45,968 nt of DNA from Candidatus Dojkabacteria bacterium (GTDB lineage: Bacteria; Patescibacteriota; Dojkabacteria; JAOAGR01), in contig JBMCLJ010000001.1 of NCBI GenBank assembly GCA_048615375.1, positions 1 to 45,968 of the forward strand. The letters are read 5' to 3'. Shown piece by piece: positions 18,716 through 27,291 of this stretch. Both the position numbers and the translations under genes were made by a program. Each line of letters starts with the position of its first letter. The first letter of the stretch is position 1. A model generated the notes under the pieces. The model saw only the letters and a list, made by a program, of their open reading frames with translations. It ran no database searches and was not told the DNA's origin.

Positions 18716-18964
18716 ATGAACACCAAGAATAATAAACCGCTTCTCCTCCTTCTTATTGCGGGTAATATCTGGTATTTCGGGGAAGGGATGTTCGGACCAC
18801 TGCTTGCAGTATTTGCAGAACGAATAGGCGGAGATCTGCTTGATATTACCTGGGTATGGGCAACCTTGATCGCCAAACATGCTCTGTGCTCAACGCTTGG
18901 TTATCAATTACCCCCACTCTTCCCCGCTACAAACCCGGAACTCCATGCCCAGGAGAGGTTATAA
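18716..18964 (+). pseudogene. Possible N-terminal remnant of an MFS-type transporter
   Basis: 82-aa ORF whose opening (KPLLLLLIAGNIWYFGEGMFGPLLAVFAERIGG) looks like the first MFS helix. It runs into and overlaps the 3' end of the convergent flavoprotein gene. Confidence 0.3.
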
Positions 18965-20211
18965 CCGCCAACATCTCCATCAACATTCAGTATTTCTCCA
19001 CAAAAATATAGATTTTGAACGATCCGTGACTCAAGGGTCAGTGGGTTCACCTGGCTTGTATCAACTCCTCCCGCGGTAAACTCAGCTTCGTTCCAGCCTT
19101 TAGTAGCGGTTACCTGAACACGATACGCAGTGAGTAATTGCATAAGATGTTGTACTTCCTGACTTGTAAGGCTTCCTGCTTGCTTGTTTAAGGGTATTTT
19201 TGCCTGTTGCAGCAAAACCGGGGGGATTTTTGGTGGAAGTAAGCCGTTCATACTCATTTCTACTGTCTGGTCAGGGCGCTTGTCCCATCGCGATTGAAGG
19301 AGATTGTGGACTTCGGAGGCAGTTTTACCAGGAAAAAAATTAAGTTCTACTTCCACCCTGTTTTTCCGCTCTCTGTTCAAATGGATCGAAATCTCTCTGC
19401 TGATATTTAAAATTGCCGGACCAGAAAGACCATACTGTGTGAACATTACATCATCAACTGTTGATTTGACACGTTTGCCATTAATAAACGAACGAGCCTC
19501 TATCTCCATCTTGGTTCCGTTAGCGCTGTGACTGAGCGGGCTCTTTGCTTCCAGAGGAAGCGCTGAGGGCACAGGATCAATAATCCGGTGACCAAGCATC
19601 TTCGCGAGCTCATAGCCGCTTCCATTCGAGCCAAGAGCTGGATAAGTGCGTCCCCCGGCTGAAATAACCAGACATTCGGAAGTAAATACCTGGTGTCGAT
19701 CAGTACGCTGATTATTTTCTACTTCGTAGGCATCAAACACAAAACCTGCATCGCTTTTCCTGACTCGAGCAACTTCTGTGTTCAAATAAATATCTACTCC
19801 GAGGCGACGCATCTCATCTTCGAGGAGCAGGTTCACAGTCTTCGCCTGGTCAGTCACGGGGAAGACCTTTCCAATAGATGTTTTTCTCTCTGTATACAAT
19901 TCTATTCCGAGATCATTAAAGAACGTAACTATTTGTTCATAGGAGAATTGCTCTAAAACGCTCTGTATAAATTCTTTATCCGCGCCATAGTAATGTGCAA
20001 CGGCACCAGCATCAAGATTAACATTAGTAATATTACACCGCCCCGCTCCGCATACCAAAACCTTTCTTCCCAGGGCGAAAGTACGATCAAGAAGTGCAAC
20101 CGATTGATTCTTATTATGTCGCTTCGCCGAGATAGCCGCCATCATCCCGGCAGCTCCACCACCGATAATAACAGTATGAATTTTTTTATGCGCTACCGAC
20201 ATACTTACCAA
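18904..20211 (-). CDS. HI0933/BaiN-type FAD-dependent oxidoreductase
   Basis: Contains the dinucleotide-binding motif VIIGGGAAGMMAAI, the family motif GAGRCNITN, and C-terminal GEILNVDGDVGGYNLSWAWSSG. Confidence 0.8.
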   Translation of the reverse strand: MVSMSVAHKKIHTVIIGGGAAGMMAAISAKRHNKNQSVALLDRTFALGRKVLVCGAGRCNITNVNLDAGAVAHYYGADKEFIQSVLEQFSYEQIVTFFNDLGIELYTERKTSIGKVFPVTDQAKTVNLLLEDEMRRLGVDIYLNTEVARVRKSDAGFVFDAYEVENNQRTDRHQVFTSECLVISAGGRTYPALGSNGSGYELAKMLGHRIIDPVPSALPLEAKSPLSHSANGTKMEIEARSFINGKRVKSTVDDVMFTQYGLSGPAILNISREISIHLNRERKNRVEVELNFFPGKTASEVHNLLQSRWDKRPDQTVEMSMNGLLPPKIPPVLLQQAKIPLNKQAGSLTSQEVQHLMQLLTAYRVQVTATKGWNEAEFTAGGVDTSQVNPLTLESRIVQNLYFCGEILNVDGDVGGYNLSWAWSSGFVAGKSGGN

Positions 20212-20214
20212 TTC

Positions 20215-20889
20215 TCAGTTTCTACTTACTAATTCAAGCAGATACACCCACTCTTCATTTCCGCCTCTCTTCCCCTCAATAGGTGACTTCGTTCGTGCAA
20301 GTACTTGTAAACCGATACTCATGAAATACTTCTCCACCCGATCAAGAATATCTGGGATAGATTCTGGTTTCGCGACACCTTTGAATAGTTCTGCACGCGT
20401 TGCTTCGTAATGAGGCTTTACTAAAGAAATAACCTGCCCGCCATCTTTTATTTGGGTGATCACATTCGGCATAACTTTTCCCTGACGTGTCCATGAGGTA
20501 TCTACTGTGATGATATCTACTTTTTCCGGTAATTGCACATGCATGGCATTGTTCCTTTCCAGCACTACTACTCGGGGATCGATCCGAAGCTTATACGCCA
20601 GTTCACCATACGCGGTATCTACAGCGTACACTTTCGCCGCGCCATTCTGCAACAGACAATCTGTAAACCCACCTGTACTGCACCCAAAGTCCGCCACAAC
20701 GAGATCTCGCACCTCGACACAAAACTCCTTCAATCCGTGAGCCAGTTTCTGCCCTGCACGCGAAACAAAAGGTTCTTTTTCCATCCCCACATTGTACCAC
20801 ACATCGAAAATCGCCATACGCCCCGTACGGACGCAAAATCTTGCGTCCGAATCTTGCTTCCGTATCCTGCGTGCAAATATAACATCCAA
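20215..20889 (-). CDS. tlyA: TlyA-family rRNA 2'-O-methyltransferase (no obvious S4 domain)
   Basis: Contains VSRAGQKLAHGL and ADFGCSTGGFTDCLLQNGAAKVYAVD (the FtsJ-like fold). The N-terminus is too short for the usual S4 domain. The true start may be the internal MEKEPF. Confidence 0.75.
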   Translation of the reverse strand: MDVIFARRIRKQDSDARFCVRTGRMAIFDVWYNVGMEKEPFVSRAGQKLAHGLKEFCVEVRDLVVADFGCSTGGFTDCLLQNGAAKVYAVDTAYGELAYKLRIDPRVVVLERNNAMHVQLPEKVDIITVDTSWTRQGKVMPNVITQIKDGGQVISLVKPHYEATRAELFKGVAKPESIPDILDRVEKYFMSIGLQVLARTKSPIEGKRGGNEEWVYLLELVSRN

Positions 20890-20917
20890 ACCACAACAGT
20901 GATTTATGACAGCGTCA

Positions 20918-20933
20918 TGACATAATTATGTCA
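20918..20933. promoter_or_regulatory. Perfect 16-bp palindrome TGACATAATTATGTCA in the tlyA / phd-like divergent intergenic region
   Basis: Read directly from the sequence. It is preceded by a second small palindrome, TGACAGCGTCA, and lies about 60 nt upstream of the antitoxin-like ORF. Confidence 0.35.
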
Positions 20934-20994
20934 ACTTTCCGGTTCACCCCTGGATTTTCTTCATAAACTATGCAATTATGGTACCATCAGTACT

Positions 20995-21264
20995 ATGAAG
21001 TCAGACCAATATTCCACTATCAGGGAATTACAACGGGATTACAAAAAGATAGCGAAGAAAGTACAGGAGTCAGGCGAACCATTAGTCATTGTCACCGGAA
21101 ACGAGCCACAATTTGCCGTAATCAGCCTCGATGCCCTGCACAAGCTGCAGCAACAAGCCAGCAACTCCACCACCGCGCCATCTGACAAACCAGACCACAC
21201 CCACACCGCCAGGGCACTGAGAAAACTTGCAGATATATTGGATGGTGGTGAAACTCAGGAGTAA
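20995..21264 (+). CDS. Phd/YefM-type antitoxin-like protein
   Basis: The N-terminus (STIRELQRDYKKIAKKVQESGEPLVIVTGNEPQFAVISLDALHKL) fits the Phd/YefM fold pattern. No cognate toxin ORF lies downstream. Confidence 0.65.
   Translation: MKSDQYSTIRELQRDYKKIAKKVQESGEPLVIVTGNEPQFAVISLDALHKLQQQASNSTTAPSDKPDHTHTARALRKLADILDGGETQE
21220..21253 (+). repeat. 34-bp perfect direct repeat, left copy
   Basis: AGAAAACTTGCAGATATATTGGATGGTGGTGAAA, identical to 22824-22857. Confidence 0.95.
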
Positions 21265-22085
21265 CTGCTGCGAAAACGTTTATATAACAAGTGAAAATTT
21301 GCACACCACTCTGTAATAAAAGCATCACTTTCAAAATATATCCGTAAATCAGCGTACAAATCTCGAAAATTAATCTTAACGACTTTCTCGTCCAGTTGTG
21401 TAAATACATTTTGTAAGTTTCCTGATACTCCCTCTGCTTTCAATTTTTTCAGATCTGGTTGCACCCCTCTTTGCATATACCAGATCAACTCAAAATAATC
21501 TCTTCCTTTGACAATAATGCCACTAGAACCTTTCTGCCAGGTTCGTTGAAGACAAGCCCCTATTTTTCCTGAAAACATTTGTTCTAAACTGAAGTGTTTC
21601 ATCACTACAGTTTGGTTTTCAAATGTGAATGCAGTAGTCTCACAATTAAAGTTTTGCGAAGATGGGCTGAGTTCTACTTTTACATGGATCTTTTCATCCT
21701 TGTAGTTGGATAAGCCAAGTGCATACAGTATCGGAAAACGAATAGTCAATCTATTAATATTCTTTCCTTTTTGTACAAGAAAATCAAATTCTGTTAAATT
21801 AATAGCCAGGAAAAATTCCTCAATTGCATTGCGAACTGTCTCTATCTTAACTTTTTTTGGGTTCTCAAAATCCAGGTCTTCTGATAGCCTGTTTAAACCA
21901 TACAGCTTCCTTAAACATGTCCCCCCAGTGAATACTAAACTATCTACTTCACTACTGGAATACATGGCAAGTAGAACATAGTTTTGCAACTCCTCCTTTA
22001 AAGCAATTCGAATGTAATCAAGACTAACATGCATTGATTCCCATACATCTTTTTTTGATTTAAGCAACTGTATAATCTGATGCAT
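21255..22085 (-). CDS. AbiEii/AbiGii-family nucleotidyltransferase toxin (type IV TA)
   Basis: The motif FTGGTCLRKLYGLNRLSEDLDFE is typical of AbiEii (DUF1814). The gene overlaps the upstream AbiEi-like gene by 26 nt. Confidence 0.8.
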   Translation of the reverse strand: MHQIIQLLKSKKDVWESMHVSLDYIRIALKEELQNYVLLAMYSSSEVDSLVFTGGTCLRKLYGLNRLSEDLDFENPKKVKIETVRNAIEEFFLAINLTEFDFLVQKGKNINRLTIRFPILYALGLSNYKDEKIHVKVELSPSSQNFNCETTAFTFENQTVVMKHFSLEQMFSGKIGACLQRTWQKGSSGIIVKGRDYFELIWYMQRGVQPDLKKLKAEGVSGNLQNVFTQLDEKVVKINFRDLYADLRIYFESDAFITEWCANFHLLYKRFRSSYS

Positions 22086-22773
22086 AATGCATAATATTGT
22101 TTATTATTCTTTCCTGCTTTGTACCAGCAACTAACTTCCGGTAACTATCAAACTCAATATAATCTTCCTTGGAAAAAGAGTCAAGGTTTAACCTTAGTTC
22201 TTCTGTAACATTCACATTTTTTATATGAACTGGTAAAAATTGTGATTTAAGATACAAGAAATCAAATAGCGCTTTTGCTTTTGAGGCGAAAAAAACTTCT
22301 TTATCATTAAAATGCCTCTTATTATAACCGCAATATAGATCTTTTTTGATCTTATGGTATCGATACGTCCCTGTGAGATTTTCATAAACCCTTGTAATTT
22401 TCAAGGTAAAGGACGTAATTCCGAACGTTGCATCTGACAAAATATCATGTTCACGAAGTATGGTATCAGCCGTCACATAAGACGGAAATCGAAGTGAATT
22501 AGCAATTGCTATGTTAAAACTCCTATCATACCTGTACTGTTCAAACAGTTCTCCAGAGATATATAATCCATTTTTAAGCTGGATCAAAGTCCTATCTTCA
22601 ATCCACCGGTGGATATTAGAATTTAACGAACCTGGTGAAATCGAAGAGTCAACTGCTGCTAAATCTTTTTTACTAAAAATTATTTGCTTGTTAAACTTTT
22701 GTAAGTTGCATCTTTTCATCGTACGTTTCACAATTATAGCATTTAATACTACATTTCTGAAACGTATAACCAT
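22060..22773 (-). CDS. AbiEi-family antitoxin / transcriptional regulator
   Basis: The position and overlap with AbiEii fit this call. So does the N-terminal wHTH-like segment (FSKKDLAAV...IHRWIEDRTLIQLKNGLY). Confidence 0.6.
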   Translation of the reverse strand: MVIRFRNVVLNAIIVKRTMKRCNLQKFNKQIIFSKKDLAAVDSSISPGSLNSNIHRWIEDRTLIQLKNGLYISGELFEQYRYDRSFNIAIANSLRFPSYVTADTILREHDILSDATFGITSFTLKITRVYENLTGTYRYHKIKKDLYCGYNKRHFNDKEVFFASKAKALFDFLYLKSQFLPVHIKNVNVTEELRLNLDSFSKEDYIEFDSYRKLVAGTKQERIINNIMHYASDYTVA

Positions 22774-22823
22774 GATATTCCAACCTCCCCTTCCTGAACC
22801 CTACTTAGACCAACAGAATGTTA

Positions 22824-22857
22824 AGAAAACTTGCAGATATATTGGATGGTGGTGAAA
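22824..22857 (+). repeat. 34-bp perfect direct repeat, right copy
   Basis: Identical to 21220-21253. Confidence 0.95.
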
Positions 22858-22861
22858 GGCA

Positions 22862-23146
22862 CTAATTACTTTCACGCAACACCTCTTGTTCAGCACATTC
22901 AGAACTTAAGCCTCCTCCATCCCCTTGAAACAGCGAAGTAATACTAAGACTCGAAATATTTGCAGTTCTCAGCTGCCAATCAATATCATGAAGTCTTATC
23001 CCATCCCGTTTTGGATTTACATACACCGCGGCTCCGGATTGAACGATATGTTTTAACTGCTGCAACGGCCTGGAATCAAGTAACTCAAAAATTACAGGTT
23101 CGTTAATTGCAATAGAGCCATAGACGAACTTATGCAATCTGTACAT
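22862..23146 (-). pseudogene. 5' fragment of an HD-domain phosphohydrolase gene
   Basis: The first 47 or so aa (VYGSIAINEPVIFELLDSRPLQQLKHIVQSGAAVYVNPKRD) parallel the N-terminus of the 24538..25509 protein. The DNA at 23002-23125 is about 93% identical to 25368-25491. The rest of the ORF is unrelated. Confidence 0.7.
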
Positions 23147-23234
23147 TCAATATTCAATCTGCATAGAACCAACCATAAACTAGACCAGGCTAACACTCTA
23201 AAGCGAATTTAGTCGATACCAAATCGACATTCAC

Positions 23235-24419
23235 ATGCTAATTTGGTATAGTTTTATCATGAGTAACTATAGAATTCTTAACAAAAAAATCAAGGAGCAT
23301 TTTGGTCAGTACAAGCAGGCTCTGGTATTAATTGGTGCTCGACAGGTGGGTAAAACGACACTTCTACAAAACATATACGCAGAAGCGTTGTATTTGACCG
23401 TCGACAACGAAAACATTCGCAGGCAACTAGAAACATATAACATTGAAACCTACAAATATCTATTTGCAGGTAAAAAAAACATCATTCTAGACGAAGTACA
23501 CCTACTTTCAGAACCTGGACGTGCTCTCAAGATTATATATGATCAAACACCAGATGTTCAGCTTATTGCGACAGGCTCTTCCTCTCTACACATCAAGAAT
23601 AAAACTAGCGAAAGTATGGCTGGACGAAAAATAACCTACCACATGTATCCACTTACTTTTACCGAAAGTCTTATTCAACAAGGCATCGCCATACTCAAAG
23701 ATAAAAATATCATAGATTCTATACTCAATACGCCCAAGGTTACACCAAAGTTGTATCCACAACAGGAAATGTTGCAAAATATTCTTAAATTCGGTCTATA
23801 TCCAGTAACAATAAATATTTCTGATAGATCACACTACTTAAAAGAACTCGCTAACGATGCAATATTTAAGGACATAGTAGATCTAAATTTAATTGAAGAC
23901 AGAGGAAAAGCACTGCAATTGCTTAAATTATTAGCCCATCAAATTGGAAACATAATTAATTACGAAGAACTTTCAAGAAAGCTGTCATTAGACAGAAGGA
24001 CTGTAGAACGATATATTGAGATATTTGAACAAAGTTTTATACTCTATCGTCTCTACCCATTTTCCAAAGATAGAAGAAATGAAATAGGAAAATCACCCAA
24101 AATCTACTTCTGGGATCTTGGACTTAGAAACGCGCTCATTAACAACTTTGAAGATATAAACATACGTGGCGATGCTGGTGCACTCTTCGAAAGCTTTATA
24201 ATTACCGAAGTCAAAAAAGAAGTTGAATATTTAGATTTGAATTTTGAAGTTCATTATTGGCGAGTAAAATCTGGTTACGAAGTTGACCTCGTACTCTCTA
24301 GCCACAAAGAACTCATTGGTGTAGAGCTAAAGTTAAATAAAGGTTCAATAACCAAAGCCTTTACCAACAGATACCCAGAAGCCAAAACAATAGTAATTAA
24401 TTCAGAAAATTTCTTCTAA
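23235..24419 (+). CDS. COG1373-type AAA ATPase with DUF4143-like C-terminal domain
   Basis: The Walker A is GARQVGKTTLL and the Walker B is NIILDEVH. The C-terminal part resembles DUF4143. The probable start is the internal MSNYRIL at 23259. Confidence 0.75.
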   Translation: MLIWYSFIMSNYRILNKKIKEHFGQYKQALVLIGARQVGKTTLLQNIYAEALYLTVDNENIRRQLETYNIETYKYLFAGKKNIILDEVHLLSEPGRALKIIYDQTPDVQLIATGSSSLHIKNKTSESMAGRKITYHMYPLTFTESLIQQGIAILKDKNIIDSILNTPKVTPKLYPQQEMLQNILKFGLYPVTINISDRSHYLKELANDAIFKDIVDLNLIEDRGKALQLLKLLAHQIGNIINYEELSRKLSLDRRTVERYIEIFEQSFILYRLYPFSKDRRNEIGKSPKIYFWDLGLRNALINNFEDINIRGDAGALFESFIITEVKKEVEYLDLNFEVHYWRVKSGYEVDLVLSSHKELIGVELKLNKGSITKAFTNRYPEAKTIVINSENFF

Positions 24420-24537
24420 CCATGACCTTCAACGAACTAATGGTACAAAATCAGCCATGTTGACGGATTATATCACACGTTATAGGTTACATCACAGAAA
24501 TATAATTATTCTCCTCGTTTTCGAGGAATACAGGCTG

Positions 24538-25509
24538 CTACCCCACCCGCTTCACCCCAATCATCGCATATCGCTCTTTAAACTCCCTCATAGAGTACCC
24601 GATATTCGAGACCAGCTTTGAGGTTCGCTCTAAACGGTCTTCGACCTTAACCCACGGGTCTACGGTGCGGGGCTTGTTTTTACCGTAATAATCAGCATCT
24701 TCCTTTGAAGCGTACTCAAACTTCAATTGCTTGAGTTCCATAAGCTGAGTGGTAATCTCCTGATCTCCACTGGCATAGAGCATATTCATGACCTCGCTGT
24801 CTGTCCTGAAAAAATCTTTCTCGGTAATGATCCCCTTCGTAAGCGCTTTTTTTAAAATCTTCGCGAGAAAGAAATACGAACCGTGTGAATCCGGGTCTAT
24901 CCACATCAGTCTCGACATATTCATAAATAATATCGCGTATTGCGCTGCAATACCTGGGTCAGTGAAGAAAAGTATGTTATTTTCACACTGAAAATTATCG
25001 AGGAACATACGCGCCGTCTCTAAGGCCAGTAAATCCAGGCTTATCCCATCCCGTAAAAAATAATCAAGGCGGTCAAAAGAAATATCCGGTAACTCATTAT
25101 CGAGGAGAGGAAACTTCTCTTTATCCAGAACAGATTTCACATTGATATTGTGTTTCTCCAGAATTGCGGGAATTTCTGAGTTAAAGATTATATCCTCAAG
25201 GAACGCTTCATGGTATTCGTGATTATCATTTTCTATCACAAAATCTACTACATGTGAAAACGCTGTATGAGGCACATCATGAATCAGACAAGCGATCTGC
25301 TCCTCCATCGACCGCTTGAACACATGTGAAAGGTACCAGACTCCTACGCTATGCTCATAGCGTGTCACATCCCGTTTTGGATTTACATACACCGCTGCTC
25401 CGGACTGAGCGATGTGTTTTAACCGCTGCAACGGCCTGGAATCAAGTAACTCAATAATTACAGGTTCGTTAACTTCAATAGAGCCATAGACTCTGTCTTG
25501 TATGTGCAT
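24538..25509 (-). CDS. HD-domain phosphohydrolase (COG1078, dGTPase/SAMHD1-like)
   Basis: Contains YGSIEVNEPVIIELLDSRPLQRLKHIAQ, RYEHSVGV and CLIHDVPHTAFSH (the H...HD signature). Confidence 0.8.
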   Translation of the reverse strand: MHIQDRVYGSIEVNEPVIIELLDSRPLQRLKHIAQSGAAVYVNPKRDVTRYEHSVGVWYLSHVFKRSMEEQIACLIHDVPHTAFSHVVDFVIENDNHEYHEAFLEDIIFNSEIPAILEKHNINVKSVLDKEKFPLLDNELPDISFDRLDYFLRDGISLDLLALETARMFLDNFQCENNILFFTDPGIAAQYAILFMNMSRLMWIDPDSHGSYFFLAKILKKALTKGIITEKDFFRTDSEVMNMLYASGDQEITTQLMELKQLKFEYASKEDADYYGKNKPRTVDPWVKVEDRLERTSKLVSNIGYSMREFKERYAMIGVKRVG

Positions 25510-25575
25510 GAAGACATTGTACCCGGGTTAGAAAGAATAAACAAATGACGATATCGGTTTATCACTACACTCCCC

Positions 25576-27072
25576 TCACCCATTTGTCCTGTCCACCTTA
25601 TGTGCCTGGGTGCCATGTTTGTCGTAAAATTCTATCGCTTCCGCGAGTTCGCGGTGATCTTTGGCGTATTCGTGGATATCAGTCTTTTGCTGCCAGGCTT
25701 CGCATGCCTGAACGAGTGCTGTGGAGCCGGCCTTTGTGCCGGATGGATGGCTGTGTACACCGCCTCCCATTGTCGTGATGAAGTCTATGTCTTCCATAAC
25801 AGTGATAAATGGAGCGAGAAGTACAGGATTAAGACCTCCTGAGATAATCGGGCACATTTTCTTAAGCGCGCGCCACTCCTGGTGGAAAAAATTACCAACT
25901 GAAGCATCTCCTGAACTATGACCATGCTGTAGCCTCTGCTGATGAGCATCTACCACATTCCGAAATCCACCTGTCTTCTCCAGCTTCTGGTTAAACTCAA
26001 TCTCTGCCTGCAGGTCATGGTCATTATCAGGAATTAAACCCCAGGTCTGTTCGAAGAAATGACCACTCGCGTGCAGCCGTAAGGCGAGTTTCGCTGCCCG
26101 GACATCTTCATCAACTGTTCCGGACATCTTACCAATTCCGGCCGTACCGGTATGTAACCCGGAAGCGCCAGCGAGCCTCGCGAACTTGGTCAACACAGGA
26201 ACCGTCATACCAAAAGGATTTTCCGGCCTGGTGAACGCTCCATGCCCCGCTCGATGAAAATGAAGGAATACATCAGGATATCTTCTGCGGATAGTCTGCA
26301 CCACTGTCCACCCTGCGGTGATACCATCAACGAGGAGGGCGTAACTACCTGGTTTCATATGCTCTACAACATACTCTGCACGGGCAACCATGGTATCAAA
26401 GTCCGCAGCAGAAACATTAAAGGAATGTACCTTGGTCTTCCCTGTTTCCCGCTCAACCTGATCCATCGCCTGGCGTACCAGATCAACCATGGTGGTGAAT
26501 GGACAAAAATCCTGATCTGCCTGGGGCTCGTCATTTTTTACAAAATCCCCTCCTCCGCTCCAGAAATCATAACAAAGCTCAGCATACTCACCAGCGGTTA
26601 AGCCGATTTTGGGCTTAATAATGGTACCAAGTATCGGACGGTTATAGACATCGAGGTATTCACGCATTTCATCGATGGAATAAGAAGGTCCGTCATAGAG
26701 ATCAAGCATAGTATTCGGGAACCACACGTCAAGCAGCTTGCACGCCGCGAGATTCCCCATGCCGAGGATATTTCCATTGATAAAGGTAATAATATTCTGC
26801 ACATTCCCACCACGGTCAAACATTCTCCACGGATATGCGATCCACACCAGCCCGCGTTCCGGGTCGGACTTATAAACAATACCACCCATTGAATCAGAAA
26901 ACTGAGTTGCAGTACCTACCTCCAGGTTTGAACCATTTGATGACTCCGCGGCAATTTCCGAAGCGGCATCAAGCAGGTCAATCCCACCGTAGGTTTTAAC
27001 ATGGAATACAGTTAGCAGATACTGTCCGTTGAATACTGATTCATTCCCGATCTGAATATATTTTTTTTGCAT
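25576..27072 (-). CDS. rbcL: RuBisCO large subunit, form II/III- or III-like
   Basis: Active-site motifs are present: IIKPKIGL, GGDFVKNDEPQ (the carbamylated Lys region), FLHFHRAGHGA and GGGVHSHPSG. It is 498 aa long, and no small-subunit gene is present. Confidence 0.9.
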   Translation of the reverse strand: MQKKYIQIGNESVFNGQYLLTVFHVKTYGGIDLLDAASEIAAESSNGSNLEVGTATQFSDSMGGIVYKSDPERGLVWIAYPWRMFDRGGNVQNIITFINGNILGMGNLAACKLLDVWFPNTMLDLYDGPSYSIDEMREYLDVYNRPILGTIIKPKIGLTAGEYAELCYDFWSGGGDFVKNDEPQADQDFCPFTTMVDLVRQAMDQVERETGKTKVHSFNVSAADFDTMVARAEYVVEHMKPGSYALLVDGITAGWTVVQTIRRRYPDVFLHFHRAGHGAFTRPENPFGMTVPVLTKFARLAGASGLHTGTAGIGKMSGTVDEDVRAAKLALRLHASGHFFEQTWGLIPDNDHDLQAEIEFNQKLEKTGGFRNVVDAHQQRLQHGHSSGDASVGNFFHQEWRALKKMCPIISGGLNPVLLAPFITVMEDIDFITTMGGGVHSHPSGTKAGSTALVQACEAWQQKTDIHEYAKDHRELAEAIEFYDKHGTQAHKVDRTNG

Positions 27073-27123
27073 AGAACATGGTAGGAATTGCTGACGGAAA
27101 AGTCAAAAAAGGGAAATACAAAC

Positions 27124-27291
27124 TCATCCCGCAAAATACCTCCACATCACCAGTGCAAGCCAGATAAATGGCACGAGGAGAGCGAAGATTGCGATTATTA
27201 CGAGGATGCACCACCACGGTCGTCTGGATCGTGGCACATTAGGTGTATTAAAATCTTCTTCAGCAGGTGTGTAATCTCGTGTATCAGTCAT
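27124..27291 (-). CDS. Small membrane protein (55 aa, below track threshold)
   Basis: MTDTRDYTPAEEDFNTPNVPRSRRPWWCILVIIAIFALLVPFIWLALVMWRYFAG. Its ATG overlaps the stop of the upstream gene (ATGACTGA). Confidence 0.35.
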   Translation of the reverse strand: MTDTRDYTPAEEDFNTPNVPRSRRPWWCILVIIAIFALLVPFIWLALVMWRYFAG

